Source of the DNA: an uncultured virus (IMG/VR IMGVR_UViG_3300047548_000491)
Lineage: Duplodnaviria > Heunggongvirae > Uroviricota > Caudoviricetes
IMG/VR virus record: IMGVR_UViG_3300047548_000491
Coordinates: 62,001-99,913 of that record
Direction: 5' to 3' (one strand)
DNA: 37,913 nucleotides
In this document: in pieces, positions 8,622 to 18,459 of the stretch
Layout: the number at the start of each line of letters is the position of its first letter
How positions within the stretch are numbered: position 1 is the first letter of the stretch
Program-made: the position numbers and the translations under genes
The notes under the pieces: model-generated
Databases searched by the model: none
Seen by the model: the letters and a program-made list of their open reading frames with translations, nothing else
Told to the model about the DNA's origin: nothing

Positions 8622-11600
8622 ATGGCTCAACAATACATAGACTTTGGTACATTTCCAAACGATCCATCGGCTGATCCGATTCGATCAGCATTTCAGAAAA
8701 TAAACGAAAACTTCAATGAACTTTACGGTACTTTTTTCTCGTCCGGTGTTACATCTATTACCACTACTGGTGGTATTACAGCTCCGGCAGGAGGAACAGG
8801 GGACGTATTAATTGAGGGTAATTTCCCTAGAATTCAGATTATTACAGGTAGTAATTTAACAGTTGGAGCAGGTGCACCTAACACTACCCAGTCAGCAAAT
8901 ATCACTACCTTTTCTGTTCCGTTTTATTTAGATTTAGCTAATTCGATTAATACACAATCAGCTACTTTTACAACAGGTGTAACTACATCTAATCTTAGCG
9001 TAGGCAACGTAGTAACTAGCTCATTAATTCCCAATGCATCTACCGGTCAATTAGGAAATAGTACCAATAGATGGGGTAATTTATTTGTTACTTCTAATAT
9101 AAATTTAGGAGCAGCAGCCAATAGTCAAACGATTAGATCAAACACTTCAGGTGTAATTCTAACTAATCTTTTTGTAACATCAAACACTGTAATAGGTAAT
9201 GCTAACATCACCGGATTAGTTACTGCAGGCAATGCTACTGTGACAGGTCTAACGACTACAAATAATTTAACAGTAACTGGAAATTTGATCGGTAACTTAA
9301 TTCCTGATCAAGACGAAGTTTATAATTTAGGTAGCCCCACACGTAAGTTTAAAGAATTATTTCTTGCTGCGAATACTTTGACATTGGGTGCAGTTACAAT
9401 ATCAGCAGACTCAAATAGCATTATTGTTCCTAATTTATCAGTCACTGACACAATCAGTGTAGGTACGATAACTGCAGGATTTGTCGACGGTATAATAACT
9501 GCAACATCACAACCATTAATTACTAGTTTGGGCGCATTAAGCAACTTGACTGTTGCTGGTTGTGTAGCGATTGGTAATACATTAATTGATTCTAACGGGG
9601 CAATCACAGTAGGTAGTACAGTTATTGATCCTTCCGGTAACATTATACTACCGGCTAATGGTACAATTACTGGAACAGTTATTACTCCACCGGGCGGAAC
9701 AGTTAGTGCTCCGGGTTCTAATACACAAATCTTATTCAATGATGACGGTAACTTAGCAGCAGTTCCAGGACTACAATTCAACAAAGTAACTAGTTTATTA
9801 AGTATTTCAGGTAATGTAGCAGGAGGAAACTTAGTATCTTCAGGTGCTCTATCAGTTACTGGTAACGGTAGTGTAGGCGGCACATTTAGTGCTACTGGAA
9901 ATGTGAACGCTGGCAATTTAATTACCTTAGGTGTTTTAAGTGCTAGCGGCAATATTTCAGGCGGTAATATTTCAACTAATGGATTCTTACAAGTAGTAGG
10001 CAATGCTAGTTTGGGCAATATTACAACAACTAGAATAGATGGTACTATAGTTAGTGTATCGGGTAATATTTCAGGCGCTAACTTAATTGCTAGCGGTATA
10101 ATGCGAGTAGACGGTAACGCAAACGTAGGTAACCTAACTACTAGTGGTTTAGTGTCAGCCGCAACAATAAATGCATCAGGAAATGTGTCTGCTGGTAATA
10201 TTAGTGTTTCCGGATCACTAGCAGTTGACACATTATCAGGAAATAACTTAAGTTCTAGTGGCAACTTAACTGTTACCGGTAATTCTTCTTTAGCAAATGC
10301 AATAGCTACAAGTCTATCTGCTATAGGTAATATTTCAAGTAGTAATTTAAATATTACCGGTAATTCTTCTTTAGCAAATGCAATAGCTACAAGTCTATCT
10401 GCTATAGGTAATATTTCAAGTAGTAACTTAATCATCACTGGTAATTCTACACTAGCTAATGCATTGGCTGCGAGTCTTGCAGCTACGGGTAATGTTTCAG
10501 GTGGAAACATATTGACTGGTGGACTAATTAATGCTACTGGTAATATATTAGGTGGTAACTTATCCACCACTGGTGTAGTTTCTGCTACAGGTAATGTTTC
10601 AGGTGGCAATATAACAACTACAGGGTTAATCACTGCGAATGGCACCATCGTCGGCGGCAATCTATCCACTGCTGGTGTAGTTTCTGCTACAGGTAATGTT
10701 TCAGGTGGAAACTTAACTACAAACGGATTAATTGTAGCTACAGGCAATGTCTCAGGTGGTAACTTATCTACTACAGGTGTAGTCTCTGCTACAGGTAATA
10801 TATTAGGTGGTAACTTATCTACTACAGGTGTAGTCTCTGCTACAGGTAATATATTAGGTGGTAACATTAATGCTAACGGTAGCGTTACAGGTAACTTGTT
10901 TAGTGCTAATTTCTTCAGCGGTGATGGAAACAGCATAACAAACTTGAATGCGTTAAATGCTAAGAATAAGATTGTGCCAACTGGTTTATTAATTGGTTCA
11001 GGAACAGCAACTATAACTTTCTCTACGCAATCTTTTGCCCCGTTTGATATTGGACAAACAGTAAATGTTTCAAACATTTTACCAAGTGGATTAAACGGTT
11101 CACAGACCATTACGTTCTGCAACGCAGACACATTAACATTTAGTACTGCACTAACCTCAAACGTTGGATTTGTGCCAGGTACATCAATAGTATCAGGTGA
11201 CATTAAAGTTTCAAGTGCTATAAGTGCTGCTTCGGCAAATACTGCTAATTCTGCGAATACTGCTAACTCAGCAACGATTGCTGGACAAGTTACAGGTGCA
11301 ACACAAGGAAACATCACAAGTGTAGGAACTTTAGTAGGATTGACTGTTGCTCCAACTGGATCAATAACCGGTGCTAATACTATTTCAGGTAATTTTATTT
11401 CAGGTAATTTTGTTCTTGCAAGTGTTACTAGTGGCATCGTTGCTTCTGGTACTACTCAAAGCACCGCATATCCGTTGATTAGTCAATATAATGTTGTTTC
11501 TACTTCTAGTACAGGAACTGCTGATGGTGTACGTTTACCAACAGCTACAGTGGGTATGCAAGTTATTATCATCAATAATACTGCAAACAGTGTTAAAGTT

Positions 11601-11732
11601 TATCCAGCATCAAGTGCAAAAATAGATTCCCTAGCAACAAATGCATCATTCTCATTGGGTACAGGTGCAAGACTATTATTAGTAGCAACAGGGATTTCTC
11701 AGTGGTACACAATGGTTGGTGTTTACGGTTAA
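8622..11732 (+). CDS. Tail fibre / baseplate appendage protein with Gly-Asn-Thr-Ser repeats (1036 aa)
   Basis: N-terminal IDFGTFPND..ADPIRSAFQKINENFNELY resembles T4 gp9/gp10-like attachment segments; long run of beta-type repeats (GNVSGGNL). Confidence 0.8.
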   Translation: MAQQYIDFGTFPNDPSADPIRSAFQKINENFNELYGTFFSSGVTSITTTGGITAPAGGTGDVLIEGNFPRIQIITGSNLTVGAGAPNTTQSANITTFSVPFYLDLANSINTQSATFTTGVTTSNLSVGNVVTSSLIPNASTGQLGNSTNRWGNLFVTSNINLGAAANSQTIRSNTSGVILTNLFVTSNTVIGNANITGLVTAGNATVTGLTTTNNLTVTGNLIGNLIPDQDEVYNLGSPTRKFKELFLAANTLTLGAVTISADSNSIIVPNLSVTDTISVGTITAGFVDGIITATSQPLITSLGALSNLTVAGCVAIGNTLIDSNGAITVGSTVIDPSGNIILPANGTITGTVITPPGGTVSAPGSNTQILFNDDGNLAAVPGLQFNKVTSLLSISGNVAGGNLVSSGALSVTGNGSVGGTFSATGNVNAGNLITLGVLSASGNISGGNISTNGFLQVVGNASLGNITTTRIDGTIVSVSGNISGANLIASGIMRVDGNANVGNLTTSGLVSAATINASGNVSAGNISVSGSLAVDTLSGNNLSSSGNLTVTGNSSLANAIATSLSAIGNISSSNLNITGNSSLANAIATSLSAIGNISSSNLIITGNSTLANALAASLAATGNVSGGNILTGGLINATGNILGGNLSTTGVVSATGNVSGGNITTTGLITANGTIVGGNLSTAGVVSATGNVSGGNLTTNGLIVATGNVSGGNLSTTGVVSATGNILGGNLSTTGVVSATGNILGGNINANGSVTGNLFSANFFSGDGNSITNLNALNAKNKIVPTGLLIGSGTATITFSTQSFAPFDIGQTVNVSNILPSGLNGSQTITFCNADTLTFSTALTSNVGFVPGTSIVSGDIKVSSAISAASANTANSANTANSATIAGQVTGATQGNITSVGTLVGLTVAPTGSITGANTISGNFISGNFVLASVTSGIVASGTTQSTAYPLISQYNVVSTSSTGTADGVRLPTATVGMQVIIINNTANSVKVYPASSAKIDSLATNASFSLGTGARLLLVATGISQWYTMVGVYG
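10273..10426 (+). repeat. In-frame tandem duplication, 81-nt period (27 aa)
   Basis: 10273-10345 and 10354-10426 are identical over 73 nt (TGNSSLANAIATSLSAIGNISSSN). Confidence 0.95.
10754..10865 (+). repeat. In-frame tandem repeat, 51-nt period (17 aa GGNLSTTGVVSATGNIL), about 2.2 identical copies within a longer degenerate array
   Basis: Units start at 10754, 10805 and 10856; degenerate copies extend back to about 10483. Confidence 0.95.
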
Positions 11733-11743
11733 TAGGAGTTTTT

Positions 11744-12367
11744 ATGATTACAGTAGATATTTTACAAAAAATATGCCCAAAGACGAAAACGGCAGTATTA
11801 GAAAGATATGCGTTACCTCTTCACGAAGTAGCAGAGTACTACGATATGTACAAAAATCCAAAACGTGCGGCTGCCTTTTTAGCACAAATCGCACACGAGT
11901 CAGGTGGATTTAATTTTGTAACAGAAAATTTAAACTACAGTGCTAAGGGGTTGATGACTACTTTCAAAAAGTATTTCCCAACAGAAGAATTAGCAAAGCA
12001 ATATGAGAGAAAGCCTGAAAAGATTGCTAATCGTGTTTATGCTAATCGAATGAGTAACGGAGATGAAAATAGTGGTGATGGCTGGAAGTTCAGAGGTCGT
12101 GGATTAATACAATTGACAGGCCGAGCTAACTATACACGGTTTGCCGAAGACTTAGGCATTAGCCTTGACGAAACGGTTGCATATTTAGAAACTCCTGCAG
12201 GCGCAGTTTCTAGTGCAGGATGGTTCTGGGATAACAATAACTTAAATCAGTTATGTGATAAAGATGATTTCGTGACTCTTACGAAAAGAATTAACGGTGG
12301 CACTATTGGTTTAGAAGATAGAAAACATCACTATCATATTGCATTAGAGGCATTAGGCGTTCACTAA
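11744..12367 (+). CDS. Glycoside hydrolase family 19 lysin (endolysin or virion-associated muramidase)
   Basis: AAFLAQIAHESGGF, ENLNYS, GDGWKFRGRGLIQLTGRANY, AGWFW and TKRINGGTIGLEDR; start reassigned to ATG 11744 after AGGAG at 11734-11738. Confidence 0.95.
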   Translation: MITVDILQKICPKTKTAVLERYALPLHEVAEYYDMYKNPKRAAAFLAQIAHESGGFNFVTENLNYSAKGLMTTFKKYFPTEELAKQYERKPEKIANRVYANRMSNGDENSGDGWKFRGRGLIQLTGRANYTRFAEDLGISLDETVAYLETPAGAVSSAGWFWDNNNLNQLCDKDDFVTLTKRINGGTIGLEDRKHHYHIALEALGVH

Positions 12368-12368
12368 C

Positions 12369-14519
12369 ATGTCACAACTATTATGGAATACACCTGCAGG
12401 TAATATAGGTACTTATCCTAGTCGATTGCCTATAACTTACACATTTTCTGCCATTGCACCTACTGTGGGAGACAGTGTAGAATACATTCTATTAAACGGA
12501 GTATTGCCTATTGGTGTAAGTCTTCTCAGTAACGGACAGTTAACAGGTGTTATTGGTAGCATCGCTGAAGAAACCGTATATAGTTTTACGATACGTGCTA
12601 AAGATAGTTTTAATTCTATATCAGATAGAACATTCTCGTTGACCGTATCAGGTGTAGGTATACCTGTTATTTCAACTCCTGACGGTCAAATAGCTAACAC
12701 ATTAGATAGTGTGTATGTTGATAAGACCATTAATGTCACAAACTATGCTAATATACCTTATATTATTAAACTGTCTGGTGGAAGTCTTCCGCCTGGGTTA
12801 TCAATATCTAATACAGGTAGAATAACAGGATATGCAGAACCACCTATTTTAACCAATGGTTCACCTACTACTAAAACATACGAATTTGCATTACAACTAA
12901 TTAGTGAGTACGGTGTCGATGGTGGAATTTTCAATATAGTAGTTCGAAATCAATTGTTAACAAAATCCCCACACCAGATCAATCCTGTAATTTTAAATAG
13001 TTACCCATTGGAATTGCCTATTAGTACTACTGATCCTTATTATTCTTATTATTTGGTTGACACTATAAATCTAGGTACAACTAAATCCGGTGAGTACTTC
13101 AACTTTAAATTTATAGGTTATGATTTTGAAGATGATAGTTTGACATATTCTTTCGGTTCTTTACCACCGGGATTAACTGGAAACAGTACTACTGGTTGGA
13201 TTACGGGAGTACCGATCATTGCATCTAATACGATAATAGAGTATGGTTTTACTGTTGTAGTATATAAAACATTATATCCTAGTATTAAGTCCTCTATCCA
13301 GCGATTTGTTATTCGAGTTTCTAACGAAGTTGATGAAACAATTACATGGAATACTGATTCGGATTTAGGTACATTACTAAATGGGGAACTAAGTGATTTG
13401 TATGTTGATGCAACTGGATTTGGCAATCTTTCCTACGAATTAGTATCCGGTAGATTACCTGATAATCTATCTTTGTTATCTAATGGTAGCATTATTGGAA
13501 AAGTATCATTTGAGCCTGAATCTTTTCTAACTATGGTTGGTACTAAAATAACATATGCATTTACAGTTAAAGCATTCTTAACGGACAATCCTATCGTTTC
13601 TTCAACAAAAGAATTTACTTTAACAACAGACAAACAGTTCTTAGAGCCAACTGAAAGTGTTTATTTGAAAGCGACACCTGATCTGCCTGGTCGTGCTATT
13701 ATTCAATCATTGTTGACTGACACCTCTATAATTCCTAACGAATATTTGTATAGACCGGAAGATGTTTATTTTGGTAAAGCGTCGGATATTAGAGTTGTAG
13801 TGACATATGGAGTTAATGCTAGTAAATTAACAACGTATTTGGACACATTGAACACAAACTTTTATTATAGAAAAATAGTATTAGGTGAATTAAAAACTGC
13901 GATTGCAACAAATGAAAACAACGAAACACTGTATGAAGTTGTCTATTCTGAGATAGTAGACGGCTTAATAACACCCGACGGAGTGTCAATACCGGATGAG
14001 ATAGTTTGGCCTAGAAAAATAAGTTTGAACCAAGGTGATTATTATACTTCCAATACCTCTATATATAATAGCTCGACAGAAGTATTCACTAGTGCTAGTC
14101 CTGGATTTGTTCAAAAACTGTATCCAGCAAGTTTACAGAATATGAGAAATAAAATAATTTCTACTATTCCGTATAATAACAGTCAAACATTTTTACCACT
14201 TTGGATGACTAGTCAGCAGGCTGATGGTAGTACATTGGGATTTAAGCAAGTTTGGGTAATATGTTACACGTTGCCCGGAAAGTCACAGGAAGTTTTGAAC
14301 AATATTAATGATTCCTGGCCATACAAACTTAACCAAATTGATTTCTCAATTGATCGTTTTATAGTAGATAAGAGCGCAACATACAATTATAACTTGTATC
14401 CAGGTATTCCTAGCTGGAGTTCATTACCAGGTGCAACGCCAACACCTGATCCGTTGGATACATATGATTTACCTGTGCTGTTTTCGAACACAAACATTTT
14501 ACCTAACAGTAATCAATAA
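12369..14519 (+). CDS. Virion structural protein with repeated putative Ig-like (He_PIG-type) domains
   Basis: Four GxLPxGL/NL..G.ITG motifs (GVLPIGVSL, GSLPPGLSI, GSLPPGLTG, GRLPDNLSL), each followed by YxFT-type strands. Confidence 0.75.
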   Translation: MSQLLWNTPAGNIGTYPSRLPITYTFSAIAPTVGDSVEYILLNGVLPIGVSLLSNGQLTGVIGSIAEETVYSFTIRAKDSFNSISDRTFSLTVSGVGIPVISTPDGQIANTLDSVYVDKTINVTNYANIPYIIKLSGGSLPPGLSISNTGRITGYAEPPILTNGSPTTKTYEFALQLISEYGVDGGIFNIVVRNQLLTKSPHQINPVILNSYPLELPISTTDPYYSYYLVDTINLGTTKSGEYFNFKFIGYDFEDDSLTYSFGSLPPGLTGNSTTGWITGVPIIASNTIIEYGFTVVVYKTLYPSIKSSIQRFVIRVSNEVDETITWNTDSDLGTLLNGELSDLYVDATGFGNLSYELVSGRLPDNLSLLSNGSIIGKVSFEPESFLTMVGTKITYAFTVKAFLTDNPIVSSTKEFTLTTDKQFLEPTESVYLKATPDLPGRAIIQSLLTDTSIIPNEYLYRPEDVYFGKASDIRVVVTYGVNASKLTTYLDTLNTNFYYRKIVLGELKTAIATNENNETLYEVVYSEIVDGLITPDGVSIPDEIVWPRKISLNQGDYYTSNTSIYNSSTEVFTSASPGFVQKLYPASLQNMRNKIISTIPYNNSQTFLPLWMTSQQADGSTLGFKQVWVICYTLPGKSQEVLNNINDSWPYKLNQIDFSIDRFIVDKSATYNYNLYPGIPSWSSLPGATPTPDPLDTYDLPVLFSNTNILPNSNQ

Positions 14520-14542
14520 TAAATATATTACGGAATACAAAT

Positions 14543-15334
14543 ATGAGCGCAATAAACACTAACAGTATCGATGCTAATTACCCTGTGCCGGGCGTTAATA
14601 ATAGCACACAGGGTTTTAGAGATAACTTTTCAAGCATTAAGAATAACTTAAATACGGCAGGATCTGAATTAACAGACTTGCAATCCAAAGCAATATTAAA
14701 GTCACCGTTGACTGGTACATTGTTGAATAATGATATGGCTGGTGCTCCGCTAAGCAATGCACTAGTAAATGGATTTAGAGCCAAGACATATAATTTAGGT
14801 GAAAATTTATCAGGAACAGTAACTGTTAATGTCAGCAAAGCTGATGTGCAGTACGGTACAATACAGTCAGATTGCACTATCAACTTTGGTGGCTGGCCAC
14901 CTACAGGAACTAGGGCAAGTGTCGAACTACATTTAACTATTGCTAATCCTAATGTAACAATTACATTACCGCCCACTACAGTTAACGCAGGTGAAATAAC
15001 TTCAGGTATGCGTGATAGTGTTAAATTGTTGGAAAATTATTATGCTACCGGTACTACCGCTTCATATAGTAATTTTATCACTACCCCATATCAAGTAACT
15101 GAATTGGTATTGCAATTTATAACACTTGATTGTGGCGCCACGTTAGATGTGATTCCTGTGAATCGAAACCAACGTAGTTCCCAGTTATCAATTAGGACTC
15201 CTACTAGTATAGGACAACCTGGAGACTTTCCTGGACAAATGTGTATGGATCAAAATGGGTACGTTTACTTTTGTGTAGGTCAATATGACGGTGAAAACGT
15301 TATTTGGGGTAAAGTAACATTATCCGGAATTTAA
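14543..15334 (+). CDS. Probable virion structural protein (263 aa)
   Basis: N-terminal YPVPGVNNSTQGFRDNF plus short coiled coil; C-terminal PTSIGQPGDFPGQM..YVYFC..W module; ATAAATA at 14519-14525 upstream. Confidence 0.6.
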   Translation: MSAINTNSIDANYPVPGVNNSTQGFRDNFSSIKNNLNTAGSELTDLQSKAILKSPLTGTLLNNDMAGAPLSNALVNGFRAKTYNLGENLSGTVTVNVSKADVQYGTIQSDCTINFGGWPPTGTRASVELHLTIANPNVTITLPPTTVNAGEITSGMRDSVKLLENYYATGTTASYSNFITTPYQVTELVLQFITLDCGATLDVIPVNRNQRSSQLSIRTPTSIGQPGDFPGQMCMDQNGYVYFCVGQYDGENVIWGKVTLSGI

Positions 15335-15353
15335 TAAACCGATAATTGTTGCA

Positions 15354-15361
15354 TATAAATA
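15354..15361 (+). promoter_or_regulatory. Late promoter, exact T4 consensus TATAAATA
   Basis: Exact match, 5 nt before ATG at 15367. Confidence 0.7.
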
Positions 15362-15366
15362 TCAAT

Positions 15367-15603
15367 ATGCAACACCCATTCATAAACGATCTTAGTGGTA
15401 AGTCTATGGAAGACTTGCAAAACACAATCCAAGAACTAACCAAAAAATTAAATTTTGTATATAGGACTCAGAACGGTCCTATGATATCGCAAATCCAAAT
15501 GGTTTTAGAAAGTTACAAAACTGAGTACACCAAACGAATGGATGATATCTACAAAAAACAAAACTTAACAAATAAAATTAACATTTCCAACGATAATAAA
15601 TGA
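15367..15603 (+). CDS. Small helical hypothetical protein (78 aa)
   Basis: Start reassigned to ATG 15367 (MQHPFINDLS); ATGA overlap with next gene. Confidence 0.7.
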   Translation: MQHPFINDLSGKSMEDLQNTIQELTKKLNFVYRTQNGPMISQIQMVLESYKTEYTKRMDDIYKKQNLTNKINISNDNK

Positions 15604-16199
15604 CAGCCCGAGTACAGCGAAACTTTGAGTTTGTGGCAGGTGTATTCATTGACAATGAGTTGCACATGAATGTATACGACATAGAAGTCAATTTCTTCAT
15701 TGAAACTGACAGCATCTATGAACAAAATATTGCCCTTGACAGAATAAAATATTTGTTTATTGAAAAAATAGAAAATGCAATTTTTATAAATGAGACAGAA
15801 TCGGTAATTTTTGAGAAAATATCTAATTTAGGTTTAAAATGTGTGCAACTACCAGAAGATCCGTACGATCAAATTTTGGGAATCGCATTAATGGCAAAAA
15901 TAGATTCTGTTATAGAAGACCGTTTAACTGTTTCTGATATAAGAATTTCTAGTAGGATGAGCGATGGTGTGAGCTATCTACACAGTATGGAAGAAAGTAG
16001 GGGTCCGCTCAGCGAAAAAGGTTGGTGGAATGATTCAAGCCCGAATACATCAACTAAACCCACAAAAAATAAAAAGGTTGTGAAGTTAAAAGAAATAACT
16101 ACTAGTTGGGATGACTTACTGCTTGGTTGGCAACCACCGATAAAAAGACCCGATTCTGACGTTATTATGGTAGACTTTGATTCTAAAACGGATAAATGA
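15600..16199 (+). CDS. Hypothetical protein (199 aa)
   Basis: Translationally coupled ORF; no motif recognised. Confidence 0.75.
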   Translation: MTARVQRNFEFVAGVFIDNELHMNVYDIEVNFFIETDSIYEQNIALDRIKYLFIEKIENAIFINETESVIFEKISNLGLKCVQLPEDPYDQILGIALMAKIDSVIEDRLTVSDIRISSRMSDGVSYLHSMEESRGPLSEKGWWNDSSPNTSTKPTKNKKVVKLKEITTSWDDLLLGWQPPIKRPDSDVIMVDFDSKTDK

Positions 16200-16202
16200 T
16201 AT

Positions 16203-16231
16203 TTGCTTTTTTGTAATAAGTCTGCTAAACT
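16203..16231 (+). promoter_or_regulatory. Sigma70-type promoter with extended -10
   Basis: TTGCTT (16203-16208), 17-nt spacer ending TGc, TAAACT (16226-16231); ATG follows 7 nt later. Confidence 0.6.
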
Positions 16232-16238
16232 AGTAGCA

Positions 16239-16745
16239 ATGAAAACTGACCAGTATAGCCGACAGATTTTATCAGAAGATGATTTGTGTGACATTTTCCT
16301 ACGAAATCCAGAACACAAACTATCAACGGTATTAACCGATACAGTAATACATTTTCATCCAGATTTAGAATTAAATAATACTTTTCATACAACAGAACCT
16401 ACTACACAAACTATCAGCGTGTCAGAATTTGATGATATAAATCAATCAACATGGTTTATGCCTGATGAATATAAGTCAATGGATATTGCTAAATATCTTT
16501 TAGATTTATGCACCTCAGATGAAGAATTACAGCGTGTAGGTAAAGAACTTATTCTTTATCAAGAAAGGAATATGTTTCCCTTGCTTAGATTCTGCAAATA
16601 CTTGGTAGACACAATGAGAGCTAATAATGTAGTATGGGGAGTAGGTAGGGGAAGCAGTGTTAGTAGTTATGTACTGTTTTTGCTAGGAGTACATAAGATA
16701 AATTCAATATATTACGATTTGGATGTAGAAGAATTTTTAAAATAA
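16239..16745 (+). CDS. DNA polymerase III alpha (DnaE)-like fragment, N-terminal part of the palm
   Basis: RVGKEL...YLVDTMRANNVVWGVGRGSSVSSYVLFLLGVHKINSIYYDLDVEEFLK aligns by eye with DnaE [32 protein letters not shown]; only 168 aa. Confidence 0.85.
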   Translation: MKTDQYSRQILSEDDLCDIFLRNPEHKLSTVLTDTVIHFHPDLELNNTFHTTEPTTQTISVSEFDDINQSTWFMPDEYKSMDIAKYLLDLCTSDEELQRVGKELILYQERNMFPLLRFCKYLVDTMRANNVVWGVGRGSSVSSYVLFLLGVHKINSIYYDLDVEEFLK

Positions 16746-16791
16746 ACGATGTTTTTCAATAATTAAATACTTATTTAACAGGAGAGTTGCT

Positions 16792-17094
16792 ATGCCATTA
16801 CATAGAACAGCACAAGGTAAAATGATAGATATGTCATCTATCGTTGCAAAAAATGAGAAAGTCAGAGCAGTGGGTAACATGAATGTTAATGCACGAGGAG
16901 ATATTCTCGACAGCAATAACAAAGTTATCAAAGACAACAACAAAAGAGTAAAGGCTAATTATCAAAAAGTCGTTAGCAAGGCACCGGCAAAGCCAGCACC
17001 CTCGCAGCCCGCCCCAGTTAAGTCTCAACCAGTAGAACAATTAACTAAAGAAGAAAGAGAAATTTTTGATGATGATGAGGATTTTGAAAAGTGA
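16792..17094 (+). CDS. Hypothetical protein (100 aa; AVGNMNVNARGD motif)
   Basis: AGGAG RBS and TTAAATA (16763-16769) upstream; GTGA overlap with next gene. Confidence 0.75.
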   Translation: MPLHRTAQGKMIDMSSIVAKNEKVRAVGNMNVNARGDILDSNNKVIKDNNKRVKANYQKVVSKAPAKPAPSQPAPVKSQPVEQLTKEEREIFDDDEDFEK

Positions 17095-17462
17095 AAAAAG
17101 CAGCATTTGACCCGCATAAGATATCCAAAAGCAAATTCAAACCATTAGGTGAACATGTAATTGTTTATGATATGGTATTTGACGAACGTATTACTAGAAG
17201 CGGAATCATCATACCCAACGATGACATGAAATCTCAAGGAATCAGACCACGCTGGGCACAAATCTATGCTGTAGGACCTGATCAGAAAGACCCTGAATTA
17301 GTACCCGGAAAATGGATTTGCGTCAGCCATGGTCGCTGGACGAGAGGAGTACAAATTGAAGATGAAACGGGTAAACACACTATACGCCGAGTTGACATTA
17401 ATGATATACTGTTAGTCAGTGACGAACCCGTCAATGACATGACAATGAGTGATAAGGTATAA
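17091..17462 (+). CDS. GroES/Cpn10-like co-chaperonin
   Basis: FKPLGEHVIV, mobile-loop-like RITRSGIIIP, and IYAVGP match the Cpn10 pattern. Confidence 0.8.
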   Translation: MKKAAFDPHKISKSKFKPLGEHVIVYDMVFDERITRSGIIIPNDDMKSQGIRPRWAQIYAVGPDQKDPELVPGKWICVSHGRWTRGVQIEDETGKHTIRRVDINDILLVSDEPVNDMTMSDKV

Positions 17463-17464
17463 TT

Positions 17465-17776
17465 ATGAAATGGTTTTACAAATGGCTAGGGTCTAAGATT
17501 CACGATTCTCAATATAGTGACGAGGCAATCCCTCAAATATTAGGAACCACTAAAGCCAATAGAGCAAGAAGAAGTTTGGTCAGTGAATCCGAGGATTTAA
17601 GTTCAGAACCCATTACGTTTAAAATGTTCAAGGCAAGCGGCGGCTGGGCAATTGAGTTTAGACAATACGACAACCGAAATGATAGAGTTGACGTTAATTT
17701 ATATGTAGTGAATGATGAACAAGAATTAGGAAAGCATATTTCACAAATTATTACTATGGAGGCATTAAAAAGATGA
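17465..17776 (+). CDS. Hypothetical protein (103 aa)
   Basis: Packed ORF in the operon; ATGA overlap with next gene. Confidence 0.7.
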   Translation: MKWFYKWLGSKIHDSQYSDEAIPQILGTTKANRARRSLVSESEDLSSEPITFKMFKASGGWAIEFRQYDNRNDRVDVNLYVVNDEQELGKHISQIITMEALKR

Positions 17777-18459
17777 GTTATTCAGATACATTGATATATC
17801 GCAGTGCGGCTCAAATCAACGAAGCAATGGGTCGTGTGTATGGCTACATGGGACTTGCTACATTGGTAAGTTTGTTTGTAAGCTATGTAGTAGGTTCCAG
17901 TCCAGAACTTGTGCAATTTTTCTTCACGGGGTGGATGAAGTGGGTAACTATTCTTTCTCCACTTGTAGCAGTTGTATTAATTACGATTGCATTGAATAGT
18001 AATCCCCCGAAAGAAATGGCACTGTTTATGCTAGTACTCTTTGCTGGCATCATGGGCTTGAGTTTTGCAGTAATCTTTGCTGTCTACACAATGGCAAGTA
18101 TTGTTAGCGCATTTATGGGGTCAGCAGTGCTATTTGGAACTATGAGCATTTATGGTTACTTTACTAAACAAAGTTTAGATAGTCTGGGCAAGTTTCTATT
18201 TGTAGGCTTGATTGCAATTGTGATTGCTAGTATAATCAATCTTTTCATAGGAAGCACAGTGGGACAGATGGTAATTTCTGCACTTGCAGTTATTATCTTC
18301 TTGGGACTTACAGCCTATGATACACAAAAAATCCGTGAACAATTAATGGATTCTAGTGACTCGACTGTTGCAGAAGTCTCCGGAGCATTAACATTGTACC
18401 TAGATTTCATTAATATATTCTTGTCGTTGTTACAACTTTTTGGCAATAAGAAAGACTAA
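17773..18459 (+). CDS. Bax inhibitor-1/YccA family membrane protein
   Basis: About 7 hydrophobic segments; signatures AYDTQKI and ALTLYLDFINIFLSLLQLFG. Confidence 0.92.
   Translation: MSYSDTLIYRSAAQINEAMGRVYGYMGLATLVSLFVSYVVGSSPELVQFFFTGWMKWVTILSPLVAVVLITIALNSNPPKEMALFMLVLFAGIMGLSFAVIFAVYTMASIVSAFMGSAVLFGTMSIYGYFTKQSLDSLGKFLFVGLIAIVIASIINLFIGSTVGQMVISALAVIIFLGLTAYDTQKIREQLMDSSDSTVAEVSGALTLYLDFINIFLSLLQLFGNKKD

Noticed and set aside
9320..11437. 705-aa minus-strand ORF
   Set aside because: Antisense shadow of the repetitive fibre gene; mirrors its repeats, with no RBS or promoter support.
11702..11743. Longer starts in the ORF track (11702, 15346, 16203, 20562, 21797, 28657, 31588)
   Set aside because: Downstream ATGs have better RBS, promoter or overlap support; the extensions run through promoters, terminators or upstream genes.
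16746..17094. Frameshifted continuation or intein/intron completing the DnaE fragment
   Set aside because: No PDID motif or splice-type features follow; the next ORF has its own promoter motif and RBS.
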